From Nemertoderma westbladi (Eukaryota; Animalia; Xenacoelomorpha), in the NCBI GenBank assembly GCA_032718475.1, contig JAUCBJ010006887.1:62001-126000 (forward strand): 64,000 nt of DNA, written 5' to 3'. The translations under genes and the position numbers were made by a program. Positions 58,112-64,000 of the stretch are shown here, one piece after another (position 1 is the first letter of the stretch; every line of letters begins with the position of its first letter). The notes beneath the pieces were generated by a model. It saw only the letters and a list, made by a program, of their open reading frames with translations, did no database searches and was not told the origin of the DNA.

Positions 58112-61100
58112 CTAATAGTGTTCAACGGTAAATATTTGCTCGAGAAAAGCAAACTGGTAACTATCCGCTGAAACATTAAGCGGAAGGCAAAGCGAAAGTA
58201 AACAACACAGAAAAAAAGCCATCAAAATAATGCCAAGCAAATAGTAGACATATTTATTGAAGCGGAATACTCGCTCCCACAGAGGATCGGGGTAGGGCCA
58301 TCCCGGCTTGGGACGTTGCCAGAGAGACACTCGGGTATCTGGGGACACCGATTCTACCAGCTGCAACTGATTGGATGTTTGGGACAACGCAGTAGCGTCC
58401 TTAGACGTATCGCGGACCCAGAGATCGCGCGCCATCTCGGCGGGAGTGGCGCACTCTCGGTTGTACCAGGAGTGGCGACGAATCACTGAAGAGGAACGTC
58501 GACGGAGAGAGGGGAGGGGGGCGCCGCGGGTGGGGGCGTCGCTAAGGGTGCGACGTAGTGGTTCGGGAGGGAGCATCAGCGAGGTCGGGGAGGGGGCAGC
58601 TCGTTCGGGGTCAAGGGGGGAAACTGGGGGGGATTCCTCGAAGGCAAACACCGGGAGTGTGGGAGATTCATCCACCTGGAACACGGGAAGGGTGGGAGTG
58701 AGAGCGGGGGGAACGGCGTTGCTCGGAGTTATTGGAGCGGCGACTGCATCCACATCGACCGTGTCCAAGGACGCTTTCGTTACCGCAGCAACCAACGGCG
58801 ACGGGGGAGGGCCCGCAGCCAACGGGCTAGCAGGAATGTCGAGGGAGAGGGTTCGATTGGGCGAGCGATCGCGGAATAGCATCACAGTGCGGGGATCCTT
58901 CATAACGGCGTCGGCGACCGAAGCGAACCGCGAGCCGCGACAACGACTACATCGCGTCGTAGACTTCACGACTCCTGTCGCCACCGCCTTCTTTGAGTCC
59001 TCCAACTCGACCTTGAGTTCCTCGTACTCCCGTCTCAGATTCCGCACGTAATCCACAAGGAATCGCATCGCGTTCGCCAAGGTTTCCTCGAGACGGATGG
59101 CCCCGTACATAACCGAGTTGTTGAGAACCGTAGAAACCGAACTCAGTGTCGATTCTAGTCGGTTGATTAGATCGACTAGACTGTCCAGGACCGACGTGTC
59201 TTGGGATCTCGTCGTAATTCCCTCCATCCGACGTTTAATCTCGGCGATTTCATCGCTGAGCAGCGACTGCGAGGCGTCGAATCGACGCGAGACGATGTCT
59301 TTGCGACGAGCGAACGTCTCTCGGTCGGCCTGCCAACCGAGCGACATGGAGGCGAACTGTTCCTCCGACAGCTCGGCGGACTCGCCTACTTCCGTCGCCT
59401 CCTCCAGATGAACCGGGGAGTCGCGCTCGATGACCGCGGGTGAGACGATGTCCCGGAAGAGATTCCGACCGGTCTGGGTGTCCGCCGAGAATCCCAGCGA
59501 TTTATTCCGCGGTCTAACGGAGACCAGCGGTTTAACCGCATCCGGCCTCGACTTGGGAACCCCAGAGAACCCTCGACTCCTAAAGGAGGATGTCGGTGGG
59601 GATAGAGTGGCCGACTGAGTAGCGGATAAGGGAGGTTTAGCGGAAGTAGAGGAAAACGTCGGCGATTTAATCTTCCAGGTTCGTTTGTTGTACGAGATAA
59701 TCTTACTGGAATTGGGACTAATTGGTGACCTCGGCGTGTCTGGAACCCTCGGTCCACCATTCGGGGATCTCACCGACTGCGATTCGATTTTAATCGGTTT
59801 CGGAAGAAACTTCCTCTTGGCAACGGGTTTGTTATTCCTATCGGAATCCACCGAACCGCTGCGATGTACCGTCGCTCCCACCGACGCAGACCGCTTCACT
59901 TTCCCCGGTTCTATAGGTCCCGCTTTCCCGGGCTCCGTATTGACTCCTTTATCACTCTTCACTGTCGGCGGCTCAGTTTGGCTCTGCTTATCGCTCAGGA
60001 TTCTCTTTACACCGCGGCCGAACTCAGGAATATTCGGATCCGATTGGCAACGCGGAAACGAAACGGGAATCCCGCTGGTGAAATACTCGAAGGCCCTGCC
60101 ACCCGTCTCTAGATCGAGAGAGCGAACATGGGACGAACTACTGGTCATAAGTAGACAGACGGGAGACGTAGACACCTTGGCGCCTCTACCGGGGGATGTG
60201 AGCATCTCAACACGACAGGATTGCGGCAATATCTTAGTGAATTCCGCTAAAACCGAATTGTTGTTAACGTCTTCGCATATTAACTTAATTTCCTTGTTCT
60301 GGAACAGCAGCTGCATCTTCGCGTTGTTATCTATTATCCTAGAATGTTTATCCTTTAGTTCCTTCAACTCCCCGTTAACTTTTATATTAATCGTCTTTTG
60401 AATCTCCAACTGGGATGTCAGCGAATTAATCCGACTGTCTACAACGTCCATCATCGGATCACCCTGTCCGACTTCGTACGATACAGGCAGACCGCAGAGC
60501 GGCGAACGGCGGTCGCTGGTCGACTCCGAATGGATCTCCGAGAAAATACTGCCGCGGGATTCCGTGGGTGTGCGAGGAGAGACGCTCAAGACGAGTTCCT
60601 CGTTTCTATCGGAAATATCTCGTTCGATCCTGAGTTGAGCGATAGTTGAATCCTGCTCGGCTATAAACCGAGACAGATCCTCCACCTTAGAGGCCTTACT
60701 AGCGAGCTGAGCGACCAGGTCCCGTTGCACTGCTGATAGCTTCTCGTTCTGAATGATCATCTCCCGTCGCAAACGCGAATTGTCCTCGACGACGTTGGAT
60801 AGTTCGTCGTTTCTATCCTTCGTCTCCAACAGATTCCGACGGTTATCTGTCTCCGCTCGCTGTAACCTTGCCTCTAAATCTGCCGTTTTATCCGACTCAG
60901 CTGTTATCATCTCATATAATTCATCGTTTTGCTGCAAAACATTTTGATGTTTTTGTTGCGAAACCTTCAACTGTTTACCTAAATCATCGAGATCCCTCGC
61001 TTGAATCTGGTAACGATTTTGTACGTCGTTTCTTTGACTCTCAATCGATGAATAATCATCTTTAAGTTCGTTGTTAATGCGTTTGAGACGGTCCAATGCC

Positions 61101-61519
61101 GTTATCAACTGAAATTTATTCATATGAAGAAAAGATGTCTCGTTTTCGATAGGCGATGCATGCAATGAGTCCTTAGTACTCGCCATGGAAGAAGTTCTGC
61201 TGGAGAAACTGCTCGAATCCGAAAAACCATGAACCCACTCTTCGCCGCTAAGTATAAAGTCGTCTTTATTTGTTGCTTTAATGTTATTCAACCAGTCCGT
61301 GGCCACGGTAAGGTAAGTCGCATTATCGACTAGTCTATCAGTAGAATTTTCAGCTAAAGTAGAGCTAAACTGCTCCAAATATTGTCCTTGATTCAGTATA
61401 TTTATTTGTCTCAAATAGTCTATTAGCACATCTACGTTAACTTCACCGACTGCTTCGCGATCACAATCACTGAAAACAGATTGTAAAATGTCCCGTTCAT
61501 TGTAAGAAGATGGGTCCAT
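58112..61519 (-). CDS. LRMP: LRMP/IRAG(MRVI1)/KASH5 (Futile cycle-like) tail-anchored ER or nuclear-envelope protein, intronless; likely start MDPSS at 61519
   Basis: N-terminal EF-hand-like VFSDCDREAVGEVNVDVLIDYL and a long coiled coil; MRVI1-like EEQFASMSLGWQADRETFARR and YGAIRLEETLANAMRFLVDYVRNLRR; C-terminal TM helix with a ~23-aa tail. Family recognised from memory; orthology not tested. Confidence 0.8.
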   Translation of the reverse strand: MDPSSYNERDILQSVFSDCDREAVGEVNVDVLIDYLRQINILNQGQYLEQFSSTLAENSTDRLVDNATYLTVATDWLNNIKATNKDDFILSGEEWVHGFSDSSSFSSRTSSMASTKDSLHASPIENETSFLHMNKFQLITALDRLKRINNELKDDYSSIESQRNDVQNRYQIQARDLDDLGKQLKVSQQKHQNVLQQNDELYEMITAESDKTADLEARLQRAETDNRRNLLETKDRNDELSNVVEDNSRLRREMIIQNEKLSAVQRDLVAQLASKASKVEDLSRFIAEQDSTIAQLRIERDISDRNEELVLSVSPRTPTESRGSIFSEIHSESTSDRRSPLCGLPVSYEVGQGDPMMDVVDSRINSLTSQLEIQKTINIKVNGELKELKDKHSRIIDNNAKMQLLFQNKEIKLICEDVNNNSVLAEFTKILPQSCRVEMLTSPGRGAKVSTSPVCLLMTSSSSHVRSLDLETGGRAFEYFTSGIPVSFPRCQSDPNIPEFGRGVKRILSDKQSQTEPPTVKSDKGVNTEPGKAGPIEPGKVKRSASVGATVHRSGSVDSDRNNKPVAKRKFLPKPIKIESQSVRSPNGGPRVPDTPRSPISPNSSKIISYNKRTWKIKSPTFSSTSAKPPLSATQSATLSPPTSSFRSRGFSGVPKSRPDAVKPLVSVRPRNKSLGFSADTQTGRNLFRDIVSPAVIERDSPVHLEEATEVGESAELSEEQFASMSLGWQADRETFARRKDIVSRRFDASQSLLSDEIAEIKRRMEGITTRSQDTSVLDSLVDLINRLESTLSSVSTVLNNSVMYGAIRLEETLANAMRFLVDYVRNLRREYEELKVELEDSKKAVATGVVKSTTRCSRCRGSRFASVADAVMKDPRTVMLFRDRSPNRTLSLDIPASPLAAGPPPSPLVAAVTKASLDTVDVDAVAAPITPSNAVPPALTPTLPVFQVDESPTLPVFAFEESPPVSPLDPERAAPSPTSLMLPPEPLRRTLSDAPTRGAPLPSLRRRSSSVIRRHSWYNRECATPAEMARDLWVRDTSKDATALSQTSNQLQLVESVSPDTRVSLWQRPKPGWPYPDPLWERVFRFNKYVYYLLGIILMAFFLCCLLSLCLPLNVSADSYQFAFLEQIFTVEHY

Positions 61520-62399
61520 CCTCCATTTACCTGCAGTAATGCTTTGATATCTTCCGGTGATTAATATCGGTAGCAACAGCAGAACAGCGCGCTTCCAAAA
61601 CGAAGAACAGAATAAACATTTTGTTACTAAGTTCCCCTATGCCCTACAGGACAGCTGGCTGTAGCTGCACAGCAGCACAGCTATACCGGTACCAGTATAC
61701 CAGTATACAGACTGACAGATTTCACGATTTCAGACGGTAAGCCAAGCCCAGAAGCCCACGTCTTTAAGTCAACTTCAATAATCTGACTCACAGATGTCAG
61801 ACTGCTGCTTGTACTGCAGTAGGCTCTGAGGCTGGTAGCAGGGTAGGCCTACCAATACCCAGATCAGCAGATACCGGATTATTTTATCTGTATATTACAG
61901 TATTACAGTATTATTATTACTATTTTAATCTCTTGACAATAAAAATGTAGGCCTAAAAAGTAAACCTGCTCGCTCATCGCAAAACCACTTCAGCACTTCA
62001 ATGTATAGCATAGTCCTTCTGCGTTGTACTCTATGCAAATGAAATATGCTGTATAATGCTATATAATGCTATGAAATACCGGTAAAGGTAAATAATAAAA
62101 CCATAATTTTTCTAACCAAAACAATAAACGAGAAAATTAACAACAAAACTGGATTTCGATTTCGTAAAGTAATTTAATGGAAAGGAGCACGTTACTGTGG
62201 ATAAGTTTTTTAATGGAAAGGAGCAGGTTTCATGTTACAGTAGCAGCAGGCCTTTTCTAACCAAAACAAAAAAACGATAACCAAAGAACAGAGGTTACAG
62301 ACTTATTTTTACCGAAATATTCTCGTTTTATGGATAACGTCAACGGAGTTTTACTGATTTATCGGTTTATCATTTGTGATTTCCAAACAACTAGAGCCG

Positions 62400-63665
62400 G
62401 TATACAGTAGGTGAATAAACTTGTTTTACCACGTCCATTGGAGATAAACCTAAACTCATACAGAATGGTTGTATGCAGATATTACAGTCGCATGAAGTTT
62501 GAGTGTTATCTTACGTTCTACTAAATGCGGTCTAATTTGGTCCTTTGTAGTTCTAACCAACCTCTCAGCCATACATCACAGTGAGGGTGGTATGGACTAG
62601 TGACTCTATTGTTGATGTTTTGTTGACGACAAAAGTTGTTAAACTCATTTGAAATAAAGCATCGTCCGTGATCTCGATCTGTCAATATGCTATTTCTAGG
62701 GGCTTTTGACCTTTTCTAATCAACTTTGGGAAAGGGCCACAGAAATCCATAGCAACCCACTCATAAGGCCTTGTTACCACGGGTAAAGATTGCAGAGCAT
62801 TGGTGCTGGTGGTAAAACCTTTGCGCGAAAACACACCCAATTTGTTATGTACAGTAGGTCTTTAATTCGTTAGCCATGTTTGGCCAATAACATTATCTTT
62901 ATTATAACGAGAACGTTTTGTCATAACCAAGGTGCGCGCTCTCAGAAGCCTGAACGGATTTGAAAACTTTTGAACGTTCTTTGGGTACAGATAATGTGGA
63001 TATATAAATGTATATCCCTTCGGCTGTTTGTTGTAAATCGATAATTAATTCGGTCAAATTCACTATCAGTTTCTTGAAGTTGAGTGATTTCCTCATTCGA
63101 CATGTGTATGAATTTTTCTGTCATTTGATGGGTGTTTTCGGTATCGAAAGTTTATACCGGGGATTTCACATCTCCACTCTTGTCTGACAGAAACACATCC
63201 ATGTATGAACGAACTGTTATTGGGCAGCCTAGAGAGCGTATCTGCCACTTGATTAGAAGACCCCCTTTCATGTTTAATTGATTTTAAGCCATCAAACTCT
63301 AAAATACGTAATTGCCAACGTGCAAGTCTACCATTTGCTGTTTTATTATTAATTAGCCATTGTAATGGTACGAGATCAGACAAAACGTGTACTTCAGCAC
63401 CATAAGTGTAAGCCTGAAACCGTTCCAATGTGAAAATAACAGCCAATGCTTATTTTTCTATCGTGGAGTAATTATTTTCGCTTGTAGTAAGATTCCTACT
63501 GGCAAATGCTACTGGATGAAGTGCCCTATCATTATCCGTTTGACGTACTGTATGACGGCACCAATTCCAACATTAGATGCATCGCAATGAACAAAGAATG
63601 GTTCACCGCCTTTAGGGTGTACAAGAATTGGCGCAGTAATTAAGGCTTTCTTTAAACTCTCAAAG
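62400..63665 (-). pseudogene. Degenerate Ty3/Gypsy pol fragment (RNase H to integrase)
   Basis: LITAPILVHP...FFVHCDASNVGIGAV; GRLARWQLRILEFD...NQVADTLSR; HLGYDKT; YWPNM; PYEWVAMDFCGPFP; MAERLVRT; many stops and frameshifts. Confidence 0.88.
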
Positions 63666-64000
63666 GGGGATTCTTGGGGGAAGTTGTGCGCACAAGATAC
63701 TAAGTTGGTATTTATTGTTGTTTATTGTTTGTTGTTGGTACTTATAAACATTGAATTTATTAAATAGCTTAAACATAATCGAATCTGGTGTCATCAGCCA
63801 GTCTGTCAACAGCCAACAAGGCGACAGGAGTGCATCTGAACTGCATACCGGAATGAGTTGCTAATGACTGTCGGTGATTTTAAGATATTAGCTAGCGAAC
63901 CAACTATCTCTAGAGTAGCCTACATGAGAGTGTGAAACTTTGAGTCCAATAAATGCAGAAGGCCGATATATACTATTCGAAACATTCGTATAAGGGGCTC

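Noticed and set aside
63685-64000. Possible start of another LTR or element at the window end
   Set aside because: No partner repeat or coding motif is visible in the window.

Overview
Repeat-rich eukaryotic DNA, very probably from an invertebrate animal (CORE-type tRNA SINE, LRMP/KASH5-family gene). The first ~48 kb holds a ~19 kb two-subunit satellite (24-bp A + 27/28-bp hairpin B), a 12-bp satellite and three different BEL/Pao LTR retrotransposons. E1 (1-3768, minus) is partial. E2 (20197-32069, plus) has identical 1224-bp LTRs, a 5-bp TSD and is non-autonomous (RT and integrase deleted in frame). E3 (34574-47120, minus) has a full gag-pol split by one in-frame TGA. The last ~16 kb holds degenerate LINE and Gypsy fragments, an intronless sulfotransferase, foldback/MITE elements, a SINE, a 22-bp minisatellite and an intronless LRMP/IRAG/KASH5-like gene. 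Main finding: none of the three BEL/Pao elements has a tRNA-type primer-binding site. In each, the bases directly after the 5' LTR are the reverse complement of a segment inside its own LTR (20, 11 and 9 nt). This suggests tRNA-independent self-primed reverse transcription, which I know only from Tf1/sushi-type Ty3/gypsy elements. All comparisons were made by eye; no database searches or folding calculations were run.
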